A DNA stretch of 64,000 nucleotides from Eledone cirrhosa (GCA_964016885.1 OZ024741.1:74524001-74588000), one strand, 5' to 3'. Numbered from the stretch's first letter, positions 10,160-23,869 are shown. Notes: generated by a model not told the origin, from the sequence alone. Numbers and translations are program-made.

Positions 10160-10459
10160 CTAAGTCATAATAATCATTGTTCCACCTCCCCACTCAAGAT
10201 AGAATATTTCAGGCCAGAATATATTGAAAAAATATCAAAGATATCAATTAACATTTGAAATCATTTATTTAGTTTTTAAATTTGTATTAAAATGAAATAT
10301 GAAAACAATGTATTTTAATTCTCAGCATTAGAGTTTCAGACCTTTAAAACAAATTCTAAGATGTTTGAAAGATAAAAATGTGATACTTGTTATCTAATTA
10401 AAAATTGAAAAATTTATGAATTAAATAATAAAAATACAAGATTTTTAATCCTTTCATTA

Positions 10460-10673
10460 TCATATTTATAATGAAAAATGTCTATAATTTTCAAATAAAA
10501 AGAATTTAGAGGGATTTCACATTAAGCTGGTGTTTGGAGCATAACTTACATAAAACTATGATGAAAGGATTATAAATAAATTTAAATGAAATAAATTTAA
10601 ATGTTTTAAAACAAACAGCTTTGTATTAGAAAACCAGAAGTAGTTTCAGGTGGCTTGGTATGAAAAGAGTTAA
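10460..10673 (+). mobile_element. piggyBac-type MITE (family 1)
   Basis: GAATTTAGAGGGATTT, ATTAAGCTGGTGTTTGGAGCATA; ends GGTATGAAAAGAG-TTAA. Confidence 0.6.
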
Positions 10674-10677
10674 AAAC

Positions 10678-11070
10678 ACGAAAGGATAAAAAACAAAGTT
10701 GACTGCAGCAGGATTTGGATTTAGAACACAAAACCCAGAGTAAATACGACAAAACATTTTGTCCAATGCTCTAATGATTCTACCAATCCACTGCTCTTTG
10801 TTATGCATTAATAATACAAGGAGGTTAACTTTGCCTTTCATCCTTATGGGGGTTGATAAAATAAAGTGCCAGCGATACACTGAGATAATTTCTGGCCATG
10901 TGCCAAAAGTAGAAACAATTAATAATACAAGGTGGTGAAGTGGCAGAACCATTAGAACGTTGGACAAAATGCTTTGCAGTATTTTCTGTGGCTCTTTGTG
11001 TTTTAAATTCAAATCCAGCTGAAGTCAAATTCCCTTTTCATCCTTTGAGGTTGATAAATAAAGTACCAGT
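10678..11070. mobile_element. SINE-A cluster: old minus copy (~10678-10795), truncated young plus copy (10822-10917) and old plus copy (~10930-11070)
   Basis: The young fragment is flanked by the 15-bp TSD ATTAATAATACAAGG (10807-10821 and 10918-10932). Confidence 0.75.
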
Positions 11071-11556
11071 CCAGAGTCAGTTGACTGGTGAACAGGATGC
11101 TTTGTGGTATCTGATCTGGCTCTGTGCATTCTGAGTTAACATCCTGCTTCATTCTGCTCCATGCCAATAGTATCAGCAATGGAAAACCAATGGAAACATT
11201 GTTTCGTTGGTCTGATCTGACAATTGGCCAACTTTCTTTTATTTTAAATAATTGAAGCCCACAAACCAACCAATCTAATAGCCAGCTAGCCAAACAGCCA
11301 GCGCCTACTCTAATTCAATTATTACTGCTACAGGAAAATAAAAGTAAGAATGTTCAAACAAATTGCATTTCTTGCTTTTATATATAATATGCTGGTTATA
11401 TATTATATATTATAGCAATCATATCTCAATCAAACAGGAACTTGGTCTTATACTAAATTTCTATCCAGAGATAATTGAATTTTCTTACTTAGGAAGATCC
11501 ATTAACTGAAAAGATCATGCAACAATGAAAATAATCAATGCTCTTTTATTATTTAC

Positions 11557-11593
<37 letters not shown>

Positions 11594-11874
11594 TAATAAT
11601 AAATTATTATCATCATATTTACATTGTTTTATCATTATCATAATCCTTTTTATATATGCTTGTCCATGCCTGCATGGGTTAAACATGCAATTATTTTAAA
11701 TATTGTATGATATGCTAGTCACAGGTTTGGGCTAGATGTTGTTCTTATCACCAACCACTTTTATCATGCCACCAGCACCGAGTGGTGTCTGTCAGGAATT
11801 ATGAGTTATCTCTATCCTGTATCAGTTTTGATTCATGCTCTCCAAGACTAGCTGCCTTTCCACCCACTTACAAA

Positions 11875-12048
11875 ATCCACGTCTACCCAGCACAATTTTT
11901 ATTTCTTCAGAGTTACTGCTCTCTTGAGAACTTGCCTTCCTGGTGGCTTACAGAGTCTTCATCTACTCTGTACAGTTTTATTTCCTCAGAGTTACTGCTC
12001 TCCTAAAAGGGTTGCCTTTCATGTGGCTTATGGAGTCCACATCTACCT
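11875..12048. repeat. Tandem duplication, ~80-bp unit, about 2 copies
   Basis: TCTAC...TTTTATTTC(T/C)TCAGAGTTACTGCTCTC...TTGCCTT...GTGGCTTA..GAGTC repeated. Confidence 0.8.
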
Positions 12049-12133
12049 CAAAAAAGAATTTAGTTAATTTTTGTGGATATCAATGGGGAATATATAATAG
12101 GGCAATGATTTCTCATTATTATATCATATTATT

Positions 12134-12316
12134 GGTGGATTGGCAGTATTGGTAGAGGGTCAGATGCCATGCTTTCCAGCATAGAGTTACAGCCCTTGCT
12201 ATTCTGAGTTCAAATCCTGCCAAGGTTAACTTTGCCTTTCATCCTTACGGGGTCGATAAAATAAAGTACCAGTAATGCACTGGATAATTGCTGGCCTTGA
12301 GTCAAAAGTAGAAACA
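12134..12316 (+). mobile_element. Young SINE family A
   Basis: Full A/B boxes and body; 17-bp TSD ATTATATCATATTATTG (12118-12134 and 12317-12333). Confidence 0.92.
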
Positions 12317-13760
12317 ATTATATCATATTATTGTTATGGACATGAATGGATGCTACTTAACATGGTTATGACGAAATTTGATTATTATCATGTTTTACTA
12401 GATGAATTTGTTTTCCATTTTGGACGACATTGCAAGCAGTAGGTTGAATAACACAAGGACATCTATCCCAATATGTGGAATAAACATAAGGTCTGTCATT
12501 TAAACATTTCATTTTATTGTATGGTGTTGCTATAGACAAAATTTAATATATCTATGAGAGGAGCAGCAAAAAGGTATAGACAAGAGAGTGTGTAACACCA
12601 GAAAGACTGCATCAAAACAAACCATGGAAACAAGTGTCAAAAACACTAAAATATGTTATATAAAAGATAAGCAATGTTTAAAGAAAGACAAACAGAAAAA
12701 AGAAAAGGATACTGAAACAAACACTTTAAGAAATAGACAATCACAGCTACAATTTTATGTCCAAAGATTAACATTTTCAAGATAACAATAACAACACACA
12801 CTTGCCAAAGAAAATAGGAAAAAATGAGACAGATTTGACTTTGGTCACGATGCCAGTCATAAGCTGTTTGTAAATATGGTGTTTTCTGAAATACACAAAT
12901 AGTTTGAGTGTTTTTAGTGGTTTGTTAGGTGATAATAGCAACAGCTTTGACATTTACACACTGACACAAATGTCAATAAGCAAAGAGATCACCCATGGAG
13001 TCAGTTTTTGTCTCTAATGTTGTATATTTAGACATGACAAAAACAGTCTGAAACAGATCTGTGGCTAAATTGTGTCCAAACATCTTCTTGCTCAAAGAGG
13101 ATTGGACATGGAAAAATTGATCTACCTTTGTCTAGAAAAAAGACACAAGGCCTTTTCTAAGCTTTAGAAAATGAATTAAAGCGTGATCTGATATCTTGGC
13201 TAATATATTAATAATAATAAAAAAAGGCAAAGCTCACGGAACCAACTGATTGACTTTCAGAAGTGAGGATGAAGAGAATAAACATGTAGAGATAGTGAGG
13301 CAGCATAACACAAAGGTAACACTCAAAGACATAGAAAATGGTGTTAACCCCAGGTGCCATTGTCACCTTTGCAAAGCAATATGAGCATGCAATAAGTACT
13401 AAAGTAGTGAGAAATGTGGTTGGGCGAAGTCAGTATGGATTTGCAAGTCCTCATAATCTCTCAACACCACAAGCCATCTTAAAAGTTGATAAGACAAAGC
13501 AATCCAGAGCAGAAAGCCCATTCTAATAACACAGTCAACCATACTACTTGTATTTCCGAAGATGAAGAGAAAATCCATTTCCTCCTTGGTTCCTGAAGCA
13601 GTGTGATGCCAAGGTACACTTTCTCACTCTTGAGAAAGTAGAAAAAGCTACCTCATGCTTAGTCTCAAAGATGAAAGATGCTGAAGTTCTGCCTCATCCT
13701 TTTATGATGATGTCAAACGTAAGGCTGAGGAAGTCTGGTAAACTATTACAACAGGATTAA

Positions 13761-13981
13761 CCCATTAACATTTAAACTGACCATATCCGGCCAGAATTCT
13801 CTTACCTCATTCTGTTCAAACCAGCAGTAACTGGCCCCTCATACTGATGTTAAGCTATTGTTCTCAAAATAATTAATATCAAAATCTCATAGATTCAATA
13901 TTATGTGAAATAATTATCTGAGATAAAACCTTTACCACAAAAATACAATAGTATATATAGAGTAATGTAAATGCTAAAAAG
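13761..13981. mobile_element. piggyBac-type MITE (family 2)
   Basis: TTAA-CCCATTAACATTTA ... TAAATGCTAAAAAG-TTAA: imperfect TIRs with TTAA flanks. Confidence 0.6.
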
Positions 13982-14589
13982 TTAAAAAAGAAGTGGGTAA
14001 AAATAAATAAAACAAAAAAAAACAGCACTGTCAGAATTCCTCTGAAAAACAGGTTAGTGTGATTCTTAAAAATACAGTCATCAGAACCAGAGACCCTGAG
14101 TTGCTAAATAAAGTCTATGAATTGGAGGAGGTAAACCAACATATATATATGGATGGACACAACAGTGGGGAATTGCTACTGAGGGTTCCCAGATGATTAA
14201 TGTTTACTTCTTATGGCAAAAGCAGTATATAAAATAAAATAAAAATAAAGTACTATTATTTTGAAGATGTGTATATCTTTGTTGATGAACCCACTAAAAA
14301 AATATTTGGGGCCATTTGAATGATCCCCAGCAACTATATAATGCAGGGTGGTCAAGCAGAAGGTGAGGTGCTCTGACTCAATTTAACTAGTGAATTCCCA
14401 TGTGAGTGTAACCTTAAATGTTTTTCATGTTTTATCAAATTTTATGTCTATTTGTAACATTTTTGCCTCTACCCTTGCTTTTATATAACCTTGTATTATA
14501 TATGTATGCCCTTGTGGCAACAAAAAAAAAATCATTATTATTATTATTATTATTATCATTGATGTTATTTTCATTGTATGTCACTATAT

Positions 14590-14950
14590 CACCAAGCAAA
14601 GATCTGTGTACCTTGGGTGAGTGCAGTGTTATATTTTTGTGTTGTTTCTAGCCTATTGAAAGTACTCTACATATGTGTGCAGTGCCTAGTAGTGATATTT
14701 TCTGTATGCTAAATATATTTGTAAGTCCTGGAGTTTTAGTTATGTCTATGTCTGTGTGTATTTTTATTTTATCATTACCAAAGCACCTATTATTATAGGG
14801 ATTGTCTCTTCAACATTTTCATGCTTGTTTCTGCTACATCACCAAGTGTACCTCATTGCTCCTGAGGTGAGTACAACATTGACTATTCGTGTTTTTGTGA
14901 GAGAGGAGAATAGACTCCTGTTAGTGTATTACACCAGTCTCATTTTGATA
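14590..14950 (-). mobile_element. R4/Dong-clade non-LTR 3' fragment, decayed
   Basis: Shares TTTGTAAGTCCTGGAGTTTT and CCTAGTAGTG with 57340-57545; the minus strand encodes a GALxxIK...TPGLTNI-like RLE end. Confidence 0.6.
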
Positions 14951-14985
14951 TGGAGTTTAGCTTGTTGATTCTGGTGTTAGAAACA

Positions 14986-15015
<30 letters not shown>

Positions 15016-15017
<2 letters not shown>

Positions 15018-15201
15018 GGCAGTGGATTGGCAGTATCGGTAGAGGGTCGGATGCCATGCTTTCACACAGAGTTATGACCCTTACCATTCTGAGTTCAAAT
15101 CCCGCTGAGGTTAACTTTGCCTTTCATCCTTACGGGGTCGATAAAACAAAGTACCAGTAATGCACTGGGTAATTGCTGGCCTTGTGCCAAAAGTAGAAAC
15201 A

Positions 15202-15234
<33 letters not shown>
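15016..15234 (+). mobile_element. Young SINE family A with (ATT)n tail, inserted into an (ATT)n tract
   Basis: Near-identical to the other young copies; ATT repeats on both sides. Confidence 0.92.
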
Positions 15235-15236
<2 letters not shown>

Positions 15237-15462
15237 GGTGGTGGATTGTCAGAATTGGTAGAACATTAAACAAGATGGTTTTTCGAAATTTGTTCTAGCC
15301 TTTTATGTTCTGAGTTCAAGTCTTGCCATAAGTGAACTTTAAGATTCATCCTTCTAGGAGACAATAAAATAAACCACCATTTAAGTTCTGGGGTCAATGT
15401 AATTGACTTTCCCTATCCTGCAAAATTGTTGGCTTTGTGCCTAAATTAGAAGTTATTATTTT
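15235..15462 (+). mobile_element. Older SINE family A copy (long variant)
   Basis: AAGGTGGTGGATTGTCAG, TTCTGAGTTCAAGT, GGGGTCAATGTAATTGACTT, AATTGTTGGCTTTGTGCC. Confidence 0.7.
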
Positions 15463-15636
15463 TATGTATGATGTGCACAGTAACTATGATAGTTACTGAA
15501 TCTTCTACTGTCTGTCAGGTCTCAAGAAAGACCTTAGACAGACAGTACTTTCCCTGAGTACATGCCCAATGCCCAACAGGGCAGTCTTTTGTATGAATTG
15601 AAGTCTATTATTATTATTTACAAGAATGTCTAACAA

Positions 15637-15685
<49 letters not shown>

Positions 15686-16131
15686 CATTTTGATGGTAAA
15701 TTATGATGAATGCATAGTTAAATAATATAGTGACAATATATAAGTAAAGTGATTTGCCAGCTTTCATTTATATGGCTGCTGACATACAAGAGGTATTAGA
15801 TAGAAGTTAGGAATGTAGATAGATAAGTTAATTTATGAAACATTGCACTTTATATTAAATCCTACATCTAACTCCTCCTCTCTCTTTTCTTCTGTCATTT
15901 TGTGGAATTTGGTAGACATTCTTAAATCACTCATGAAACGAAACACTCACCACAAAAAATAAATACATAGTTATACTTATGCTTGTACATCTCTTTCTAA
16001 TGACATTTATGAATTATCTAAATTATCCTATTATATATGATATGGATTTATGGTGAAAATACTGAAACATGGAATAAAAAAATATATAAAATATTTTTCC
16101 TTGATCTTTATCTTTATTTTCAAGAACAGAA

Positions 16132-16390
16132 AATGGCTGTGTGGTTAAGGAGTTGGTTTTTAAACTACGTGATTCTGGGATAAGTCCTGGTGCATGGCGC
16201 CTTAGGAAATGGGTTTTTACTATAGTTTTGTGTTGACCAGTGCCTTATGGGTAGAATTTGGTAGAGCGAAACTGGAAGCCTATCATATGTGTGTATGTGT
16301 GTGTGTTCTTGGTTGATGCGGTCAACTAAAGCAAGGCAATGCCCCAGCATAGCCACAGTTTAATGACTGAAATCAATAAAAGATTAAGAG
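16132..16390 (+). mobile_element. SINE family C
   Basis: ATGGCTGTGTGGTTAAGG head, GAATTTGGTAGA body, GT repeat and GCCCCAGCATAGCCACAG tail. Confidence 0.7.
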
Positions 16391-16540
16391 AGCTGGTTTT
16401 TAATTTTTTTAAAAATGAATCAAAGATCAAAGAAGAGCATCACTAAATGGTGGGGAGTATTTAACAGAAGCCACTAACAAAAAAGAGCCTTGCATTGCTT
16501 GAAGAAATAATGAGCTAGAAATTTAACAATGTGTGTTAAT

Positions 16541-16722
16541 TAATTGTTTCTACTATTGGCACAAGGCCAGCAATTACCCAGTACATTACTGGTACTTTAT
16601 TTTATCGACCCCGTAAGGATGAAAGGCAAAGTTAACCTCGGCGGGATTTGAACTCAGAATGGCAAAGGCCGTAACTCTATGCGTCAAAGCATGGTGTCCG
16701 ACCCTCTACCGATACTGCCAAT
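16541..16722 (-). mobile_element. Young SINE family A
   Basis: Reverse complement of the family consensus with CpGs retained. Confidence 0.92.
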
Positions 16723-17663
16723 GAAAATAAAGAGTGTAGAAAATACGGGGAACAGAAATACTTTATAACAACTTAATGGTACATTGGTACTAGATGCATT
16801 GGTAGAGGGTAACAAACATTAAATACAATCTAAAAACCCTAAAAAGGAAATACAGTGCATATAATGGTAACTGAATTATACAATATATATTAGTTTAATG
16901 CTTCTCTCAAACACTTGTACAAAGACATTTTATATAATGAATAAGTCTATAAACATATATATATATATATAGTACTAAAACTAAAATAAGAAAAAAATGT
17001 GGGAGTAGAATAACAAAGAAAAAAAAAAGGCTGGAAATTATTACATAGGATTCATGGCAATGTTGAAACTTGTGATATACTGCTGCTCATCAGTAACAAG
17101 AATAGCTGTGTAATATTACTATGATATAATATCTGAAATATAATGATCTATCATCAGTATTTTGCTCAGTATTATATAAATCATTTTGGAATGTTTGGTA
17201 ATTGGCCAGCAAACTGATATAAATTTTCTATTAATTATATATTTATTTATTTTGACTGAATAGTATAAATCAGTTTCAAAATAAATTGGTAGCTTGGTTC
17301 ATGGTTAAAAGTTATAATTAATAACAACTTAATTATTATATATATATATATACCAGGATAAAACCAGTTTAAAACTAGTTAGACCATTACTCAACAAAGT
17401 ACTCGATACTTAGGATAGTAGAGTATGGCTATAATATAAAGAGTCAGGACCTGATGGCTAAGTTATTGCTGTTTCAAGAGCTAGTTCCAGAGAAACTTTA
17501 TATATATATATATCAGTTTCACATCATGTAACTCCATTTTTTTTCTTCATCATCATCATCATTTAACGTCCACCTTCCATGCTAATATATTATTATTAAA
17601 GAAGTGTGTGTCTGTATGAAGTGTGTGTCTGTATGTAACCTTATAGTTACTTCATACTTATGT

Positions 17664-17701
<38 letters not shown>

Positions 17702-17713
17702 TATAGACACATA

Positions 17714-18102
17714 TACAGCTGAGTAAACTGGAGCAATGTGAAATAAAGTGTCTTGCTCAAGGAAACAACACATCACCCGGTCTGAGAATTGAACTCACAA
17801 CCTTGCAATCAAAAGGTTGTGAGTTCAATTCTAAGACCGGGTGATGTGTTGTTTCCTTGAGCAAGACACTTTATTTAACATTGCTCCAGTTTACTCAGCT
17901 GTAGAAATGAGATGATAGGGACTGGGGTCCCTATCATTCCACTGCAAAGTGGTCGTGGAGTTGCCACGGCAAAAAAGCACCCAGCACTCACTGTAAATGA
18001 GGTTCGTGTTAGGAAGGGCATCCAGCTGTAGAAATCAAGCCAGAATCAGTTCCCGTCCCACCCTTGCAAGCAGGGAAAAGTGGACATAAAATGAATGAAT
18101 GA
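17714..18102 (+). mobile_element. SINE family B (CORE-like body, RTE-derived tail) with a 91-bp 5' fold-back inversion
   Basis: 17714-17804 is the reverse complement of 17813-17903 (2 mismatches). The rest matches 35846-36178; (GAAT)n tail. Confidence 0.9.
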
Positions 18103-19357
18103 AAAAATACATAATGATAATTGCAAAGGTCACATGTAGATATTCATAATTTATTTTAGTGATAATCTGCTGCAATGCATATTTTTGTGGTGTTAATGAT
18201 TATGTAATGCTACTATCACGCAACCATGAATACAACTTCATCAGACAGCATCTCAAATAATAAGGCTGTTTTGCAACATTTCTAATGTAATACAGGCTAT
18301 TGCCAAGAGGGCAGACAAATTTGATGTTTCTATGAGAGTCCAGTTGCAAGATCGAATTCACCCATCTCCTTGTTGATAAATATTTAGCCTTAAATAACCC
18401 CATGTAAAGGTTAATTATGCTTGTAGTAGATATCAGTATCTTTTGAGTGTCACACATTGTACCTTGTGGTATTTGATTATGTCCACCAATGTCCATTTTG
18501 TCTATTATAATTCTGTGATCAAAATAATATATACTGGAAAGTCAGAAGTTGATATAATCATCTATATTTTAGGTGTTGCCCCAGCAGACACTAAAATGAA
18601 TATCTAGATGTCATTCCACAGATAAGTTTGTTTCTGTAAGATATCTTTAAGAGACAGATGCCTCTGTTTACCTTTTTCTATCTTCATGGGCACATTACTC
18701 ATTTTTTTCAACTATTATGATAGTTATTTACATTGGGATGATTACATTCCATATCTCAAATATATTTTAAAGATATTTATTAGCATATAATTTATAGGGT
18801 GAACAAAAGATATAAAATAGGAATACAGACAAGAAAATATATAAATCTTAGTGTCTTTTAAGTAGTAAGACTCAAATGCCAACAATTTATAACAGTAATC
18901 TGCTAAGTACTGCAGATGCTTTTGTGTAGAATATAAAAAAAAACGTCTATAAAAGATGTGTTTCTTGTATAAAGTATCTATATGCCTTGTGACTGAATAC
19001 ATTCTTTCCAATTTCTAAATAGATTTATGTGTGTGTGTGCACCATAGCCGAATGGTTAACGCATTCACTTCACAATTAGGTCTTGGATTCTATCCCAATA
19101 TGTGGTATGTTGGGATAGTGTCATTTACAATAGCCTTAGGTTTACTTATACCTTGTAAGTGAAATTAGACAGAAGGAAAGAGTTTGGAAGCCCACCATAC
19201 ACTGTTATGCTAAATGTCCTTGTCAATAGTCTATGGAATGCTCAACCATTAATTACATGAGCATGCCTTTCCATTTCTAAAACAACTGGAACACTAATTG
19301 TCAAAACTGACAGAGATCAATTCCATATACATATGTATGTATGTATTTATTATATTA

Positions 19358-19525
19358 TACACACTGTAAAATTAATGGCATTAAGAAGGGCATCCAGCTG
19401 TAGAAGCCATGCCAAAGATGGAGCATATAAGCAAGATGTAGTCTTCTGACACAGCTAACTTTAGACTGTGACAACCTGTTCATCCAATGCCAACATAGAA
19501 AATGGACATATGTTGATGATGATGA
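19358..19525 (+). mobile_element. RTE 3' UTR / tail fragment
   Basis: AGAAGGGCATCCAGCTGTAGAA...GACAACCTGT...AAATGGAC and (GAT)n, homologous to 6290-6448. Confidence 0.7.
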
Positions 19526-21039
19526 TATATATATAAATATATTCAATTTATTAAGGTTAAATCATGAGTCTTGTTACTTTGGGTCATCAGACAAGAACTA
19601 ATGTTTCCAAAGCAGACACAGTATAAATAAGGAAGTCTTGAGGTGGGGAGGTGAGATTTAAATGACAAGGGGTAATTAAGATAGTGGGGGAGGATAGGGC
19701 TGTGTGAAATGAGGTGATAAATGATGGCAGTGGGCATAGCCATAGAATTTTAACTGGTCAGTAGGAGGCAGGTGATGAATGTGAATAAAGGTGGTTGTAT
19801 ATGGGGAAGGGGGGGGGGTTAGTGAAAATGTTGCTGGGTTTGACAGGATTAAGTGATGGGTGGAATATACATATGTATACAATTACACATGTACATAAAT
19901 ATACATACATACATCTACTTCAGTATTGAGTACTCCTTTTGTATACATACATACATTTACTTCAGTAGTCAAACACATACAGATATATACACAATACACA
20001 CATACACATACATGTACGTTAAAGAATGAGAAATGGAAAATGTGGCCTTGGAATTCCATCAAGTTTAAAAAACATTCTGAAAGCTGGAGTAGTTTTTACT
20101 CAGGTATTTATTTATTTTTTTAGATGTGTCATATATATTGGTATTCTTAGAAATAGTTGATTGAAAGTGTAATGTCAGACTTGGCAATGGCATCATTCTA
20201 TATTTCCGTTGGAAGAAGAATTCTCTAGCATGCTAGCGGATGACAAGGTAATATAGACAGATATATAACAAACTGGATGATAATGTTAGGAATTTTTAGA
20301 TTAATCAAAGAACTAGACTTTATCCGAATTGATATGAAGAATTACTACTGATCAACTTTCAACAGCTATCATCATCTAAATTGGGATATAGAAAAGGTTA
20401 GGAAAATACACTTAATGTTGTTTTAGGAAATCACACTTTGCTTGTCTGTCTCTCTATTCTAGATAAAGTTGTTAGTTCTAAGAAAGCTATGTATATATGT
20501 ACTCATTTGACTAAATGCATAGTTTTTTATGTCTATAAATTTGCAATCTTGCACATCATCAATTTATTATCTAAATAATATTCAAATTTTTGTTAAATTC
20601 TTTTGATATCAAACTGCCTGAAACTGCACTTGGTTTTATGATACAAAGCTGATTATTTTAAAGTGTTCAAGTTTGGATTTACACTTTCTATCATAATGTT
20701 ATGCAAGAACCCCAAATACATTATTGTTTTGGCAGAGTTCCTAAGACTGGATGATCTTCCTGTTGACAACTACTTTACAAAGTATAGTGCATACATTTAA
20801 CATTGACCATGGCATTAGATAGGTAGTCATGTCCTTGATGTGACTGACTTATCCTGTTTATACTTTTTTGGCATGATTACCACAGCCCTTGAATATTTAA
20901 CTATTTAGACCATTTCTTTCGTTATAATAATTTTAATAGCCTGAATTTATTTTTTTTTACCTCCATCAGTTTTGAAAATTAGTGTTACAGTTATTTGATC
21001 AATGCCTGTTCCTTAAACTAACATGCTGAGCAGTTTATA

Positions 21040-21260
21040 GACACATGTATCCTTAATGTAATTTACAGAGAAATTCAGCATTAGTTAAGATGTGACATGG
21101 CTGGTGCTTTGAATTACATATACAAGTAATTTTTTTCCAGTTGAGTAGACTGGAGCAACATAAAGTTTCTTGATCAAGGACAAAACATGCCACTAAGAAA
21201 TAATTTCATGACTTTATGATCATGAGCTGAACCCCCTAAGCACCAAGTCATACACCTTCA
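21040..21260 (-). mobile_element. Old CORE-like SINE (family B relative)
   Basis: CAGTTGAGTAGACTGGAGCAACATAAAGTTTCTTGATCAAGGAC corresponds to the reverse of the family-B core. Confidence 0.55.
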
Positions 21261-21812
21261 CAGACTGAAAAATATAATCTTAAAAACAAATGATGTTTAG
21301 GCACATTTGTTACTATTGTTTCTTGATTTTATACTGAGATTTTCATTCAGGATTTAATTACTGGATTTAATTCAGGATTTAACTTATGATACTAAACACT
21401 CCATCAAACTTTTATGTAAGTACCTTTGTTAAGTAATGCTCCAAACACTAGCATAAATATAAGAAATTCTTGATTATTTTCAATATTGTAGAAATAGCTG
21501 ATGAAATTAAGAATAATGAAAAAATATTCATATGAAGAAAGAGTAATGAATTGTATTATTTTATTATTTTGCAGTATCACAAGTTTATTTTGAATCTAAC
21601 AAATTTTTTCTGAAGTGTTTGTTGCATTTCTCTATTTCCAAGAAAGTGAAACAATTTTGAAGACTAAAATTAAGTAGTCTGGTTATATGATGTTTATGAT
21701 AAGCAAAGGGAACAAATCAATAAAAAGAAAAAGCCAGAGGGATGTGGAAAGACATTTACCTAGAAAAAGTTTGGAGCTAAGCCATGACAGAGTATTATTA
21801 CAGATGAGGCTA

Positions 21813-22000
21813 TAAGGGCGGTGGATTGGCAGTATCGGTAGAGGGTCGGACGCCATGCTTTCCAGCATAGTTACGTCCCTTTACGATCTGAGTTCAAATC
21901 CCGCCGAGGTTGACTTTGCCTTTCATCCTTACGGGGTCGATAAAATAAAGTACCAGTAATGCACTGGGTAATTGCTGGCCTTGTGCCAAAAGTAGAAACA
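21813..22000 (+). mobile_element. Young full-length SINE family A
   Basis: 19-bp TSD ATTATTACAGATGAGGCTA (21794-21812 and 22001-22019); CpGs intact. Confidence 0.95.
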
Positions 22001-23869
22001 ATTATTACAGATGAGGCTAAGGTGTAGGTATAGCCAAGCCACCAGAGATGACAAACTCTTATTGTCAGTGGCTCAGCATCAAATGCCTATCAAATGCCAC
22101 AGACTAAAAAACTGAAATTTACTGATAAATTATAGTCAGTACTCAAGCGGGGCTACTGACCACTCAGATGGGCCAGGGGCATGCACCTTGTATACATGTG
22201 TTCCCACAGTCTACAGAGTACTCAGAAGGCTGGAAGCAAGCATTTCACTTACAACCATTCCAATACTCTATTGAGTGTATTATATCATGGCACCAGCACT
22301 GGGGAGTTTGTCATGTCTTTGATACAACTGAAGAGTTGTTGTAACCCTTTGTTTGGCAGGTTTTCTATGGCTGGTGCATATATTATCTTTACAGCTGCTA
22401 CTGCTACTACTGAAACATAACAATGTATCTGTTTTCTGCATCTGTCGCAGAAAGCAGCTTGTCTAAGAGTGCAGTAACTTATGAAAGACCATCAGTCATC
22501 CATATATGCAAATCTCCGCTCTCCACACCACTGATGTTACCTAAGAGAATGGCAAAGTCCAATACAGCTTGGCAGCAGTGATGATGTAGGCTAACCCACA
22601 ATGCAAATGACCAAGAGGGATACCACAAAGCATTACATTCAATAACTCGAACAACTGCACCAATGCATTAGTCTAAACTGGTACTTTATTTATCAACCTT
22701 GAATGAATGAAAGGCAAAGTGACCCAGATGGAATTAAACTTCTGTGCATAGAACTGGAACAAATACTGCAAAGCTTTTTAATCCATAGATGACGTCACAA
22801 ATGTTTTTGCCAAGTTCACTATGAAATCTTCAATCTACCTCATTAATAGAGAATAAGAATAAGAATTATATTCATATAAGAAAATCTATTTGTCATATAC
22901 ACCAAATGCTTTCTGCAACAGTCTCATGAATGCAAATGGTATAATGAAAATAATTCTAATAGAGATCAATAAAGCAAGAGAACCTCAATTAAGAAGTTAA
23001 AACCAAATTAATGATAATTGTATCTTGAAAATAGCATTTTGAATGTAAATTATATTAGCTGTCTGTGTTTTTCATATTGCATATTTTGTTGATTAGCAGA
23101 AAGGAATTGTGTTGCAATTGTGATTGTTTCAATATAAAAATAATTTTAAAATTCAATATTTTAGTAAAAATGGAATTGTGTAGAAAACTTTGTTTTCACT
23201 ATTCTATAAATATTTAAAAATAAAAACAGCGTCAAAAATCAATTTAATTATTCTTTTACTGGTTTTGGACATTTGACTGTGACCATACTGGGGCATTGAC
23301 TTGAAGGGATTTAGTCAATCATATTGACCTCAGTACAAATTTTTTCAAGCTTATTTCATTGAACCATTATGTTACAAGACATAAGAAAACAATAAATGTA
23401 AACATAGACAAATACACACACATATATAACAGACTTGTACACAGTTTCCATCAAACAAATTGGTCAATTCAAGGTGCCATGTGGTTGTGATGCATGCACT
23501 TATGTATATTGAAATATTTGAAAGCAATGTGGTAACAAATTCTCAGGAAAGTTGGACAGCAAAAGGTCTTCAAAGAAGAAACCCTATTTAAGCAAGTGTT
23601 TTGGCCCATAATCTGAATGTATTGATGTGAAGAAGACATAGTTTTTCTTTTTATATTAGTTAAGAAGTATTACAATAATCACTATCATTAATTAATCAGA
23701 TGAAAAATATCCAGTCAAATAAATGGAGATGAAAATGAAATTTAAACATATTGAGAAGGTTTTCTACAACAGCAATGCAGTTCAAAGAAATAAAAAAAAC
23801 ATTATTACTGAGGATTCTAGGATCATATTATTATTTATAGATTATATAATTATTATTTATAGATTATAC

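Noticed and set aside
17040-17100. Minus-strand CTGATGAG as a hammerhead
   Set aside because: No correctly placed GAAA or closing stems.
18200-18496. 98-aa minus-strand ORF
   Set aside because: No recognisable domain and no compatible splice sites.
20124-20247. Plus-strand exon candidate (TTTTTTTAG| ... AAG|GTAATA)
   Set aside because: Stops in all three frames, no homology, and opposite to the only supported gene.
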